From Prasinococcaceae sp. CCMP 1430 (Eukaryota > Plantae > Prasinodermophyta), in contig RQSC01000523.1 of NCBI GenBank assembly GCA_013416795.1, positions 144,084 to 172,017 of the forward strand: DNA of 27,934 nucleotides. Reading direction: 5' to 3'. The notes below the pieces were generated by a model. The model saw only the letters and a list, made by a program, of their open reading frames with translations, had not been told where the DNA came from and did no database searches. Both the position numbers and the translations under genes were made by a program. Position 1 is the first letter of the stretch. The number at the start of each line of letters is the position of its first letter. Below, piece after piece: positions 1-10,543 of the stretch.

Positions 1-844
1 ACACGCTGAGGTGGGCGCAGCAGTGCACGCGCTCGGCGCGTACGCGTGCGCACACGCGCACCTATTCTCCAGTCCTTCGATGCGCGAGGCATCCCCAAGC
101 GCTAAGATGTGCTCGGGTTCCAGCCGGCATCGCCAGGTTCCTTCAGGCACCCCCCACTCCCGCCGCCCGCGCGGCGTATGCCCTCCTCACCCCCTCCTCA
201 CCCCCCGCCACCCCCGGCGCCTCCTCCGGCACGCGCTGTCGGGGAACACAGCACCCCTCGCTGCCGACCCCGGTCTAAATCATGACCGGGTCTACCCACC
301 TCAAACACCCGCATTCACTCTCCAGTCCCAGTCCCGCGGGGGGGCACAGACCCGGTTCGGCCCTCCGTCGTCGGCGGCCATTTTCGAGCGCGTTTTGGCG
401 CACTCCGGGGGACGCGCGCGTTCTCGCGGAGTTGCTGCGTCCGAATCGCGCTCCGCACGTTTTTTCGTCCCCGCGGCGGCGCGCGCGCGCGCGCGCGCGC
501 GGCGCGTTTGAATTGCATCGTTTGATGGCGTTTGCGCATGCGTCGGTTCCCCGAGCGAGCGAGCGAGCGAGCGAACCTCTCCCCCTCCCCAGCGCCGCCA
601 CTCCCCCGGCGCGCGGGGGGCGGGAGCGAGGGCTGGCGGGGGGGGGAGTCGTGAGTCGTGGTGGAGGCGAGGCGCCGAAGGGGCGCCGGGGAGCGCCGGG
701 CGGCGAGCGAGCGCTCCGCCGCCAGAGCGCGCGCCGGCGCACGGCGCCGCCCCTCCCGCCCAGGCCGCCGCCACTCCCGCGCCGGGCGTCGGCCGGCGGC
801 CGAACGAGTCGGCCGCCGAGTACCTCGAGCGGCTCAACGCCGAG

Positions 845-3166
845 GTGGACCGCGAGCAGCAGCGGCTGCGCCAGGAGGAGCTGCAGCTGCGGCGCGTGGA
901 GAGGCAGGTGGCCGACGAGGAGGACCGCCGCGCCGCCCGCGCCCCCGGCGACGCCGGCGGGACGGACGGCCTGATGCGCGAGCTGCTCGACGCGTGCCGC
1001 CAGCTCGACGGCGAGCGGCGCGGCCACCTGGCGCCCAAGGACGTCTGGCTGGCGTGCGGCCGCTGCGGGCTGCCCACCAGCGCCACGGAGCTCAAGGCCA
1101 TGTGCGAGCGCTGCGACTTCGACGACGAGGGCGACGTCAACTACGCGCAGCTGCTCGGCCTCGTCGTGGGCGACCTGGAGGACCGGCAGCGCGCGATGGA
1201 GCCCGAGCCGCCCCGCGAGGCGCGGCCCGACCGCGGCGGCGGGCCCAGGGCGGTGACGTTCGACGACGGCGGCGACGACGAGCCCGGCTACGCGCCGCGC
1301 GACCAGCGGCCACACCGCGGCGGCGCGCCGCCGCCGCCCCGGCAACCGCAGCAGCAAAACCAGCAGCAGCAGAACACGCCGGAGCAGCAGCAGCGAGCGC
1401 CCCAGCCGCACGCCTCGCCCGGCGCGGGCGCCACGCCGGGCAGGCAGCAGTTCATGTCGGCGCTCTCGAACATGCACGGCGGCCGGACGCCCGAGGAGGT
1501 CTTCGAGCACGACCGCCGGCGCGCCGAGCTGCGTCGCGACCTCGACGAGCAGGTGGCCGCGAAGAGGGCGCGCGACGAGGCGCGCAGGGAGGAGCTGCGG
1601 CGCATCGAGGAGCGCGAGGAGCGCGCGGCGGCGGGGTACAACCCGTGGGGCAGGGGCGGCGGCGGCGCGCCGCTGCGCGACGCGGACGGCGCCGTGGTGA
1701 GCGACCTGCGCGGGCGCGGGCTCAGCGCGGAGAACACGCCCGAGAGGCACCCGCCACCGCCGCCGCCGCAGCAGCAGCACCACCACCACCAGCACAACCA
1801 GCACGGCGACGACCGCCGGCCGCGCTTCGACGAGCAGCAGCTGCGGACGCCGTCGGCGCAGGCCTCGCCCGGTCGCGGCCACTTCATGAGCGCGCTCAGC
1901 CAGCTGCACGGCACGCCCACGCAGGACGAGCTGAGCGCGCAGGAGGCGCAGCGGCTGGAGTACGTGGCCTTCCTGGACGCGCAGGTGCGCGAGAAGAAGG
2001 CCAAGGAGGCCGCGCGCAAGCGCGAGGAGGAGGAGGCGGAGATCCGCGCCGAGGCGGACGCCAGGGCCTACCTCGCCTCCAGGGCCAACGAGCGCTACGG
2101 CGAGGTGGGCATCCGGGGCGAGGAGCTCAACCTGCCGCCGCCGGTGGACGTGCTGCCGCCGCCCCCGGCGGCCGAGAGGCGCGCGCGCGGCGGCGCGCCG
2201 GCGTCCCCCATGTCGCCCATCCCCGGGCTCGAGCACCTGCACGAGGAGGGCGCGCCCGCGGCCGCGGACGCGGCCGCCGCCGCGCGCGCACCGCCCTTGC
2301 AGATCGGCGAGGCGACCGGCGAGGCGATCGGCTCCGAGTCGGCCGTGCGGCTGCTGCAGGAGCTGCGCGACGAGCAGGAGCGCATGCGGGACCACATGGC
2401 GCAGCAGGCCATCCTGATGGAGCGCATGCAGCTGGAGGCGGCGGCGGCCGACCGCCAGCGCGACGCGATGCAAGAGGAGCTCGAGGCGTACCGGCGTCGC
2501 CCGGCGCGGCGCGGCCAGCGCGGCGGGGGGCACGCGCCGGCGACGCCCAGCATGCCCGGCGGCGGCGACTTCTCCACCTCGAGCTACCTGGTGCAGAAGG
2601 ACGTCAACTCGGTGCCCTCGCCCGGCATGCTGCGCGGCGTGGAGTGGACGAGCCACGGCGCCTCGCACGCGGCCGGCGGCGCGCGGCACCAGCTGCAGGC
2701 GGAGGGCATCCACGACCAGGCCCCCACCGTGCGCAGGCCGACGTACGACGAGCGCGTGGCGCTCGGCGGCGGCATGATGGGCGGGGGCGGCGGCGCCAAG
2801 AGGAGCGCCAGGCCGCCGCGCCCGCGCCAGCAGCGCGGCGGCGAGAAGCTCGCGCGGACGGGGCACGCGAGGCTGGTCGGGCCGCGCGCGCCACGTCAGC
2901 GCGGCCGCGCCGCGCCGCCGAGGCCTGGAACGGATGCAAAGTCGGAGGTGGGGGCGGAGAGAAACGGGGCGAGGCTGCAGCCGAGGCTCGGAAAAAGATT
3001 GGACTTCGAGGTCAGCCAGTCACACCGGGGACCTGCTGCACATCGCAGTACAGCAGGTCTGCACTCTCTTCATCAGTCTGCATTGCATTTTTTGCACGCT
3101 GCACTCCGCGCCGGCAGTCGAAGGGGGAGAGTCGAAGACGCCGGGTGCGGGTCGAGTGCGTTTTGA
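845..3166 (+). CDS. CSPP1: CSPP1-like centrosome/cilia coiled-coil protein with an N-terminal EF-hand-like pair; start and C-terminus uncertain
   Basis: Strong GC3 bias in this frame. Motif YNPWGRGGGGAPLRDADG follows LDEQVAAK..., matching the conserved YNPWG(K/R)GGGGAPLRD motif recalled from CSPP1. EF-hand-like loops DGERRGHL and DFDDEGDVNY. The frame is open back to 512 with no ATG; a possible exon 1 is 525-650 with intron 651(GTGAGT)-763. Codon bias fades after about 2860. Confidence 0.7.
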   Translation: MDREQQRLRQEELQLRRVERQVADEEDRRAARAPGDAGGTDGLMRELLDACRQLDGERRGHLAPKDVWLACGRCGLPTSATELKAMCERCDFDDEGDVNYAQLLGLVVGDLEDRQRAMEPEPPREARPDRGGGPRAVTFDDGGDDEPGYAPRDQRPHRGGAPPPPRQPQQQNQQQQNTPEQQQRAPQPHASPGAGATPGRQQFMSALSNMHGGRTPEEVFEHDRRRAELRRDLDEQVAAKRARDEARREELRRIEEREERAAAGYNPWGRGGGGAPLRDADGAVVSDLRGRGLSAENTPERHPPPPPPQQQHHHHQHNQHGDDRRPRFDEQQLRTPSAQASPGRGHFMSALSQLHGTPTQDELSAQEAQRLEYVAFLDAQVREKKAKEAARKREEEEAEIRAEADARAYLASRANERYGEVGIRGEELNLPPPVDVLPPPPAAERRARGGAPASPMSPIPGLEHLHEEGAPAAADAAAAARAPPLQIGEATGEAIGSESAVRLLQELRDEQERMRDHMAQQAILMERMQLEAAAADRQRDAMQEELEAYRRRPARRGQRGGGHAPATPSMPGGGDFSTSSYLVQKDVNSVPSPGMLRGVEWTSHGASHAAGGARHQLQAEGIHDQAPTVRRPTYDERVALGGGMMGGGGGAKRSARPPRPRQQRGGEKLARTGHARLVGPRAPRQRGRAAPPRPGTDAKSEVGAERNGARLQPRLGKRLDFEVSQSHRGPAAHRSTAGLHSLHQSALHFLHAALRAGSRRGRVEDAGCGSSAF

Positions 3167-3704
3167 TGGGGGCGGCGCTGCGGCGGCGCGCGCGCAGCTG
3201 CTGCCTGGCCCCCCTTCCCGCCGCGCCGCGGCGCGCCACCGCCGAGCCTCCCTCGATGCAAAAAGACTCATTCATGGAAGTTCTCATCGCCGCCGCCCGG
3301 CCGCCTCGCGCGCGGGCGGGGGTTGTCGCGGCGCACCCGGCAGGTGCTCGGGTGGGGCGCGGGGGCGCCGCGCACATTTGCTTGATTGTGAGCATGCGTG
3401 CTGTAAGTGAGCGTTGGATCGATGCCATTTTGCGCGATCTGGGCGATCTCGAGCGAGCGACTCGCAGGAGGAGCGCGCGCGTGCGCGACGCACGCGCTCA
3501 CGAGCGCGTGTCCTTTCGCCGATCGAGCCTCGTCGCTTGGGTGTTGGTTGCTTTGGGGGGAAGGGCGATGCCCGGCCGGGCGCGCGCGAGAGGCCGGCCG
3601 CGAACGTTGGCGTGCGCGCGAGGCCTCGCGGGCGCGGCAACTTTGTCGGGCGCAGGGCCGGTGGTCGTCGGCCGCGCCGCGCGCGCGCGCGTCGTGCCTC
3701 CTCT

Positions 3705-5465
3705 TCATTCGGGCACCATGCTCCTGAGCGCGTACTCGGCGTGCAGGACCGCCGAGCGGTGCGCGTTGAGCAGCGCGAAGCCGTCCTCGGCGGTAGGCTC
3801 GAGGACGGCGCTCTCGCCCCACTCGTTCCACGCGTCGATGACGATCAGGTGGCGCCACTCCTGCGCGGCGCGCTCCGTCGCCGTGGAGGGAAAGAAGCAG
3901 GACTCGCCGGCGTCGGCGATGGCGCGCATCAGCTGCCTGAAGACGAGCACCTCGAAGGCGGACGCATCGGTGTCGTTGCCCCACGAGCAATGCACCTGCG
4001 CCTTGCCGGCGCTGGAGACGTGCCGCGGGTAGTTGGACCACCCGGCGAAGGCCCCCCTGAAGAAGTCCCAGTGGCCGTCGCGGACGTGCTTGGGCAGCAG
4101 GAGCGCGTCGTTGGCGCGGCGGGCCATCGCGCGCATGTAGCACGCGCAGGTCGGCGCGTCCTGGTCCGAGGTGGCGCGCGTGCCCACGCCGCAGTCGCTC
4201 CTGGCGGCCTTGAGCACGGGCATCTGGTTGCGGAACGCCCCGGGCATGAACTGCAGCATCGCGTCGAAGGTGTCCTTGCCCTCGGGCGCCGCGCTCGCGA
4301 GGCGGTCAACGCCCTGCGAGCCGAGCCAGCCGCCGACGGTGCCGACGAAGTAGATCCCCCTCTCGAAGCCGGCCTGCCGCGCGCGCCGCTGCCAGAAGGC
4401 CACCATGTCGTGCACGAGGCTGGGGCTCGGGGCGCGCGCCTCGTCGGGCGTGAACATGAGGCAGGGGTCGTACGCGGGCCACGCGCGGCCCTGCGCCCGG
4501 CCGACGCTCTCGTAGTGCCCTCGCGCCGCCGTGACGTCCGCGCCGACGTCGGGGTACCAGCGCATGTACAGCTCGGCGTGCGCGCACCCGCCCGGGCATG
4601 CGGGCGGGCTGGCGGCGGAGGCGCAGTGCTCGAGGGGCTCCTCGAGCGGCGTGTCGCTCTGCATGTGCTTGAGGTTGTACACGGCGAACACGGGCCGCCC
4701 ATCGACCTTGACGTACTCGTTCTGGCGGAAGAATGGCAGCAAGAAGTCGAAGTGCGCCGCCCACTCGACCGGGCCGCCGTAGCCCTGCCTGATGAGCGTG
4801 GAGGACCCGTCGTCGCCGTCCCAGCGCTTGCTCCACGGTTCGTTCGCCCACGAGAAGAAGTACGACAGGCCCAGACCTGCCGGCTCGGCGCGCGCCTCGA
4901 CCCCTCCTGCGCCGCCGGCGCCGCCGCCCACGGCGCCCGGCCCTCCGAGCAGGGCGTCCTGCAGGGGCTTGGTGAGGGTGGTGCGCCCGCCCTGGAACCA
5001 GTAGTGGTAGAACACGAAGGCGCTCACGCCGTGGGCGCGCGCCTGGCGCGCCTGGCGCCTGAGCGTCTCGCCGCCGTCCGCGATGTCGTAGTACACCGGC
5101 GGGTGGCGCACGCGCTGCCGAGCGACGGGGTCGTACTCGATGCCTCGAACGTGGTCCCACTCCGTCCAATTGGCGTACCAGAAGTTGTTGTTGTCCGGCG
5201 ATTCGTGGAAGCCCGGGTAGTAGATGGCAGCAGAGCGCACGCCGCAGCGCGCGAGGGCTGCCCCTGGGCGGGCGCGCGGACCGAGCGCGTCCGGAGGCTC
5301 GTGTGGGAATGCAGCCGCGTCGGATCGCGGCGCGGGCGCCGCTACGGCGCGTGCCTCCACTGCCGCGGCGAGCCCGAACACTTGCAGCACCAGCGTTGCC
5401 GCCGCCGCTGCTGCGCCTGCCACCGCCGCCGGGCGCGTGCGCAGAAATGCGCGCGGCGCCGGCAT
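3705..5465 (-). CDS. WbsX-family / GH99-like glycan-processing enzyme with N-terminal hydrophobic anchor, intronless
   Basis: Family motifs AIYYPGFH..DNNNFW..NWTEW, YYD, QARQARAHGVSAFVFYHYWF, SWANEPWSKRWDG, YVKVDGRPVFAVY and IDAWNEWGESAVLEP. Confidence 0.85.
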   Translation of the reverse strand: MPAPRAFLRTRPAAVAGAAAAAATLVLQVFGLAAAVEARAVAAPAPRSDAAAFPHEPPDALGPRARPGAALARCGVRSAAIYYPGFHESPDNNNFWYANWTEWDHVRGIEYDPVARQRVRHPPVYYDIADGGETLRRQARQARAHGVSAFVFYHYWFQGGRTTLTKPLQDALLGGPGAVGGGAGGAGGVEARAEPAGLGLSYFFSWANEPWSKRWDGDDGSSTLIRQGYGGPVEWAAHFDFLLPFFRQNEYVKVDGRPVFAVYNLKHMQSDTPLEEPLEHCASAASPPACPGGCAHAELYMRWYPDVGADVTAARGHYESVGRAQGRAWPAYDPCLMFTPDEARAPSPSLVHDMVAFWQRRARQAGFERGIYFVGTVGGWLGSQGVDRLASAAPEGKDTFDAMLQFMPGAFRNQMPVLKAARSDCGVGTRATSDQDAPTCACYMRAMARRANDALLLPKHVRDGHWDFFRGAFAGWSNYPRHVSSAGKAQVHCSWGNDTDASAFEVLVFRQLMRAIADAGESCFFPSTATERAAQEWRHLIVIDAWNEWGESAVLEPTAEDGFALLNAHRSAVLHAEYALRSMVPE

Positions 5466-5617
5466 TGCGGCGGCGCTTCAAATTCCGGCGCGGCCTCGCG
5501 CGCGGCCCGGCGGGAACTCGGTCCCGAGCCCGAGGGCGCAAGTCAGAGGCGCGATGGCTTGCCCGAGAGCGGCCGTGTGCGCCACGAGGGATGCGTGTGC
5601 GTGTTGTGTGTGTGTGT

Positions 5618-5649
<32 letters not shown>

Positions 5650-6070
5650 GAGAGAGAGGAGGCACCGGCGCGGGCGCGCGGTGTGGCAGCATTGGGCGCG
5701 TCGTCCAAAGGAAGCTCGAAATTGAAATCGCCATCAAATCGCATGGCGTCGATCAATGATCGAATGAGATATTTCGGTGCGCGCGCGATCGCGCGCAATG
5801 TCCGCGTGCGGACTTCTTTGGCGCTTCCGCCGTGCGCGACTGCCGCGCGGGCGCGGCGCTACAGCCCGCGCGCGAGCAGGGCACGGTGGGGCGACGCACC
5901 TGGGGTACGCGAGCATTTTTGCGAGCCGAGGGGCGGGAGGAGCTCGCGTCGCTCACGTCGCGCGGAGCCCCGCCTGTACTGCCGGCGGTGCGTCTGCCCT
6001 GCGACGCGCTCAGAAGAAGCTCGGCGGATCAGTCGGATCTTGCTTACTGCAACGCCAAGGGAGGCGGCCC

Positions 6071-7843
6071 ATGGCGGAGGCGGAGCGCCCCAAGGAGACG
6101 GGGGAGGCGGGAGGCGCCTCCGCTTCTGATGACGCGCCGCCGCAGGCGGGCGCGGGAGTGAACGTTGGGCTCGAGAGCATGCTGCCGAAGCGCGCGCTGC
6201 CGTCGCTGCCCAACCCGCAAAACGCTCTCACCGGAATCGGTGCGTCCGTCTGCGGCTGTCCGCCCGCGCGTGCAGTAGGACTGACTCACCGCTGACGCCG
6301 AGCGCGTCATTGCACTCTGGCCGACCACGACTGGATCATATATTTGTTTGATGCATCGTGCCACGACAACAGGCCAGGGCGTGGCGTTCGGCGCGGGCGG
6401 CGCTGCTGCGGGCGTGGTGACCCTCTTCGCCGCGCCGGTCGCCGGGGCGATCAAGGACGGCCCCATGGGTGCGGCGACCGGCCTCGCCGCGGGCGCGGTC
6501 GGCCTGGTGGGACTCACGGCGGTGGGGATCGGCGTCGGCTGCCGCCAGGTCGTGGTCGGCACGGTGAACACTCCGGCGACCATCGCAGCGCTGGTGACGG
6601 ACGACGACCTGCATGGCAAGACGACGATCGACCTCAGCGAGGTGAGCGCTGATCTGACTGAGGAGGAAAAGAAGTATCGACATGTGCGCTCCACCGTTTC
6701 CAGGGTCGCAGCGGCGCCCGCGGACACAGCGGAGTATGAGCCCACCAAAGAAGTCGCGGACACGAAGCTGTACGACGCCCTCGGCGTGGTCCCCGACGCG
6801 TCGCCGTCGCAGCTCAAGAAGGCCTACTACAAGCTCGCTCGCCAACACCACCCGGACAAGGGAGGGGATGCCAAAGCGTTCCAAGAGATCGGGGACGCGT
6901 ACCAGGTGCTCTCCGACCCGGCGAAGCGCCGCGACTACGACCGGGGCGTGCCGCTCGATCGCGGCCAGCTCGCCGACCCCGGCATCTTCTTTGCCATGAT
7001 GTTTGGCGACGAGCAGTTCGATCATTTGATCGGCGATCTCACGATCGTGATGGCTATGCGCCTGGAAGAGGACCTCAAGCCCGAAGAGCGCGTCGCGAAG
7101 CTCGACGAATTGCAGGCGAGGCGCGAACGTCGTCTCGCCAAGGTCCTCGCCCTGCGCCTCGAGAAGTGGGTGTCCGATGACGCGGAGGAGCGCGAGGCCT
7201 TCCTTCGCGAGGCGCTCGTCGAGTACGGCAAGCTGGCCACGGCCAACCTGGGCGAGCCCATGCTCGACTCAATCGGAAGGATGTACGAACTGGCGGGAGA
7301 CCGCCAGCGCGGCGTCAGGGGCTACCTGGGCATCGCGAAGGCCGAGCAGAACCTTGCGCGGCTCGACAGGTACAAGAAGGCGCTGCAGGCGGCGAGTGGG
7401 ATGGACGCCGCGCAAAAAGAGTTCCTCGCTAGGAGCAAGTCGCAGCAGGCCGAGCCCACCGCCCAGGCCGAGTTCCAGAGGAGCCTCGAGCTCTCGCTAT
7501 TCGAGATGCTCGCTCTAGACATCGAGAGCACGGTCAGCGCCGTTGCGATGCTGTGCCTCGGCGACACGAGCGTCACCAAGGAAGTGCGCCGGTCCCGCGC
7601 GCGCGGCCTGCAGAAGCTCGGGAAGGTACGCTTTCGCTTCTCCGCATGCGCGCGCTTGCATCACGACACACGCAACATGTGCTGACCGGACTACCGACGG
7701 GTCCGTCCGCACGCCTCCGCGAGCCGCAATAGATTTTTCAGGGCAAGATCCCCCGCTGCGCCGAAGATGCCGCGCGCTCGCTGCATGCATCCGAGGCCGA
7801 GGAGAACGAGGACGGTGCTGGCGCATCCTCTGCGACGGCCTAA
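6071..7843 (+). CDS. DnaJ domain + DnaJ-X domain co-chaperone (plant J10-like); exons 6071-6239, 6373-7625, 7733-7843; 510 aa
   Basis: J-domain LYDALGV...[15 protein letters not shown]. Introns 6240-6372 (GTGCGT..ACAG) and 7626-7732 (GTACGC..ATAG) have GCTGAC branch points. Splicing restores the X-domain ending [10 protein letters not shown]|IFQG. Confidence 0.9.
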
Positions 7844-8158
7844 GCTGCTGCGACGGCAAATGATCAAGTGGCGCGTGGGCACGCAGAGCAAGTCCTTGGC
7901 CGTACCAGCCACATAGCCACACTTCGTGAGGCGCGCAGCGCGCGCGCGCCGCACGTATCACACTTATCTACCGGTGCGGCGTTATAAATACTTCGTTCGT
8001 TGCTGTCAAAGAGACGAGGCGCGCACTGTAGGCGTGCTCCACGGACAGGGCAGAGCGAGCTTCGCAGCGCGGATTCTTTGGTGGTCACCTCTGAGGCGCC
8101 TCGAACCATTCCTGTAAGGGCCATGCGAAAGTCCGTCCGTAGTAGCACCCCGCTCTTC

Positions 8159-10033
8159 TCACTTCATCTCCTCCTCCTCGTCGATGGCGTGCACCACGGT
8201 GCTACTCCCGAATCCTCGGGGCCCGGGGCCACCATTCGAGTCGTCCAAAGGCATGTAGTTAGCCATGATGGAGCGAATCTCGCTTGACATGTGGTTGCTC
8301 ACGTGCCGCCTGTAGAAGAAGACGATCACGACGGACGCAACGGCCACGCAGACGATCACAATGACAAGCACCGACCAGATGGAAACTCCGTCCGACGACG
8401 AGGTGTTGATCGTGACGCCCGTGTTGTTCACATACCCCCCCTGGCAGTTTGCCGGACCTGTGCCCGTTTGATACGTACCGCACATGGCGTCGAGGACGCC
8501 AGCGGCGGCGAGAGTGCCGCGATATTGGTCTTCGTTGATGAGGATCGTCGGTGTGTACAGGATGGCGCCCTGGCAGCCCGGGTCTTCGGGGTGGCAGGAC
8601 GAGTTGGCAGTGCTCGCGAGGAGCTCGGCATCGAGTAGGTCGTTGGTGCCGGCGTCGCGGCCGTGCGGGCCCATGAGTTCCTCAATCCTGTTCACGTCTA
8701 TGCCGAGGCTCTTCAGGACGCCCTCGGCACACGCCTGGGTGAACTTGTTCTCGGACATTTTGCAGCGCTGGCCGAACTGGTATGCGAAATCCCACCACGC
8801 CTCGGGCTTGTCCTCCTGCCTGCCGTACTCACGCACGGCGATTTCCCGGAGGTTCTGGAGCATGACGTCGCTGCCCGTGTTCCCCGCGTCGAGGTCCCCG
8901 TCGGGGTCGTTCAGGCAGTACCGGCCACCGTTGATGCAGCCGTTGGAGCAACCGGGGTGAATGCCGGGGTCCATGAATTCCGGCGTGCACGCGGGGATTC
9001 CGTAATCCGTGTGGAAGATGGATTCCGCTCCGGCGCAGCACGGGGAGAGCAGGTAGTGCGGCGTGAAGTCCAGCTGGCCCTCCTTTTGCCACCGCACGAA
9101 CTCGTCGCGCGCCTGTGCCTCGAACTCGGCCTCGAGCCGATCGCTGACGTGCAGCTGATTCGACGTGGTCCAGTACTCCACGCTTATCTTCCCCGCGGTG
9201 ACGTTGAGGCTGGCAGTCCAGTCCAGCGTGACGATGAGCTGCTCGCCCGAGCCGTCGGCCTCGGCGCGCGCCAGATCCTTGAGCTGACCGCCCTGCGCCT
9301 TTGTTACCATGACGGAGGGGATGTTGACCTTCGAGATGAGCTCGTACACGCGGTCATCGGCGTCCAGGTCGGGCGCCACGCTCGTCACGAGGCCCTCGTA
9401 TATGTTGTCGACAATGACGACGGCGCTCGCGCCCTGCATCTGCGCGTTGAAGACCTTCTCGATGAAGGCGCAGTCGCCGCGGTCTATCAGAGCGAAGGTG
9501 GCGTACAGGGACGTTGGCGGGAACCTGCCTGCATACGCCGACTTCGTCCCATTCTGCGCCGGCCCGCCACAGCCGAGGAAGGGCTTCTCCGCGGCCGTGC
9601 CCTGCGGCACAAAGCTGTGCTCAGTCCCCACCCACGCGGGAGGATACACGAGCCGCCCGCGGATTGCAGAGCCGTACCTGCATGCGCGCGCAGGCGCGCG
9701 CGAGAGGGAGGCAGGCAACAATGGCAATCAAGGCGGTGGCGCGCCAGGGAGTCAGCCGCGGCGGTGGCATGAGCACGCCTGGCCGCGCAGTATCCGGCAG
9801 GCACCAACAATTCCACCGGACGTGACGTGATTTTTTTCGCGCGCCACTCACTGGGGCCTGCCAAAATCGCTGAGGCTCGCATTGAGCTGCCCCTTCTCGC
9901 TGGCGGGCTGCACAATGCGCAGGCCCGCCTGCTCGACGACGGCCTGCGCGGACGCCAGGCCCGCCGCGTGGAGCAGGAGCGCGCAGGCGAGCGTCGCCGC
10001 GGCGCCACCTGCCGGGGGGGAGCGCCGCGCCAT
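8159..10033 (-). CDS. VSR: Vacuolar sorting receptor (PA + TRX-like luminal domains, TM, YMPL tail); exons 10033-9852 and 9677-8159; 566 aa
   Basis: Signal peptide; FGRPQ|YGS across intron 9851-9678 (GTGAGT..GCAG). PA domain LIDRGDCAFIEKVFNAQMQGASAVVIVDN; CINGGRYC..DP; PTILINEDQYRGTL; TM segment; cytosolic EIRSIMANYMPLD. Confidence 0.92.
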
Positions 10034-10078
10034 GGCCGCCGCGAGGGCGGGGGGGGGCAAGGGGGGGGGCACACGCAC

Positions 10079-10338
10079 ATGTTGAGATCCTTCGCGCAGT
10101 GCGACATCATCTCCGTCCCCTGCTTGCGCATGCGCGCCTCCTGCTCGAACGTGATGCCCTCCAGCCGCGAGCGCGTCATCAAGCGCAGCTGCTTCTTGGA
10201 GAAGTACCAGCCTAACGAGGTCTCGAGGCTCGGCACGTTGTGCCGGAAAGCGTCTTCCTTCGCCTTGCGAGCGAGCGCAGCCTGCTCGGGCGTGCGCGCT
10301 GTTAAAGGGTGTCCAGTCTGCACCGCCATCGCCGCCAT
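10079..10338 (-). CDS. Orphan coding exon of unknown product (MAAMAVQTGHP...HCAKDLN) ending in a splice donor
   Basis: High GC3, protein-like composition, and a GTGCGT donor at 10078. No matching downstream exon could be identified. Confidence 0.5.
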
Positions 10339-10433
10339 GAACGCCACCTGCGTCCGCGCCCACCCACCCACCGCCACCACCTCGCCCCGGCGCGAGGGCG
10401 TGCCTAGCACGGGGGCGAGGGTGTGCGCAGCGC

Positions 10434-10532
10434 AAAAAAAAAAGAACGCGGGGAGTTGGGGTTCGGGTAAACCGCAAACCCGTACCGCTAGACATCGTCA
10501 AAATCAAAGAAAATGTAAACCCTGATTTTAAC
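10434..10532 (-). pseudogene. Diverged, internally deleted tandem copy of the tRNA-Pro gene
   Basis: Minus strand reads GTT, an intron-1 homolog (aaaatcagggtttacattttctttgattttgacgat), D-arm piece GTCTAGCGGTA, a hairpin, CCCCAACTCCCC, the same gcgt trailer as the main gene, then a T-run. Confidence 0.7.
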
Positions 10533-10538
10533 AAAAAA
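10533..10538 (-). terminator. Pol III T6 terminator of the tRNA-Pro gene
   Basis: TTTTTT on the minus strand 5 nt after the discriminator base. Confidence 0.75.
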
Positions 10539-10543
10539 TACGC

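Noticed and set aside
394-512. E2F-like TTTGGCGC and CHR-like TTTGAA upstream of the CSPP1-like gene
   Set aside because: Short motifs that could occur by chance; the transcription start is unknown.
275-4032. Very long overlapping ORFs (658-4032 +, 275-2866 -) and similar shadow ORFs across the window
   Set aside because: Arg/Ala/Gly/Pro-rich translations produced by stop-codon scarcity in GC-rich DNA and by antisense frames of real genes; no domain motifs.
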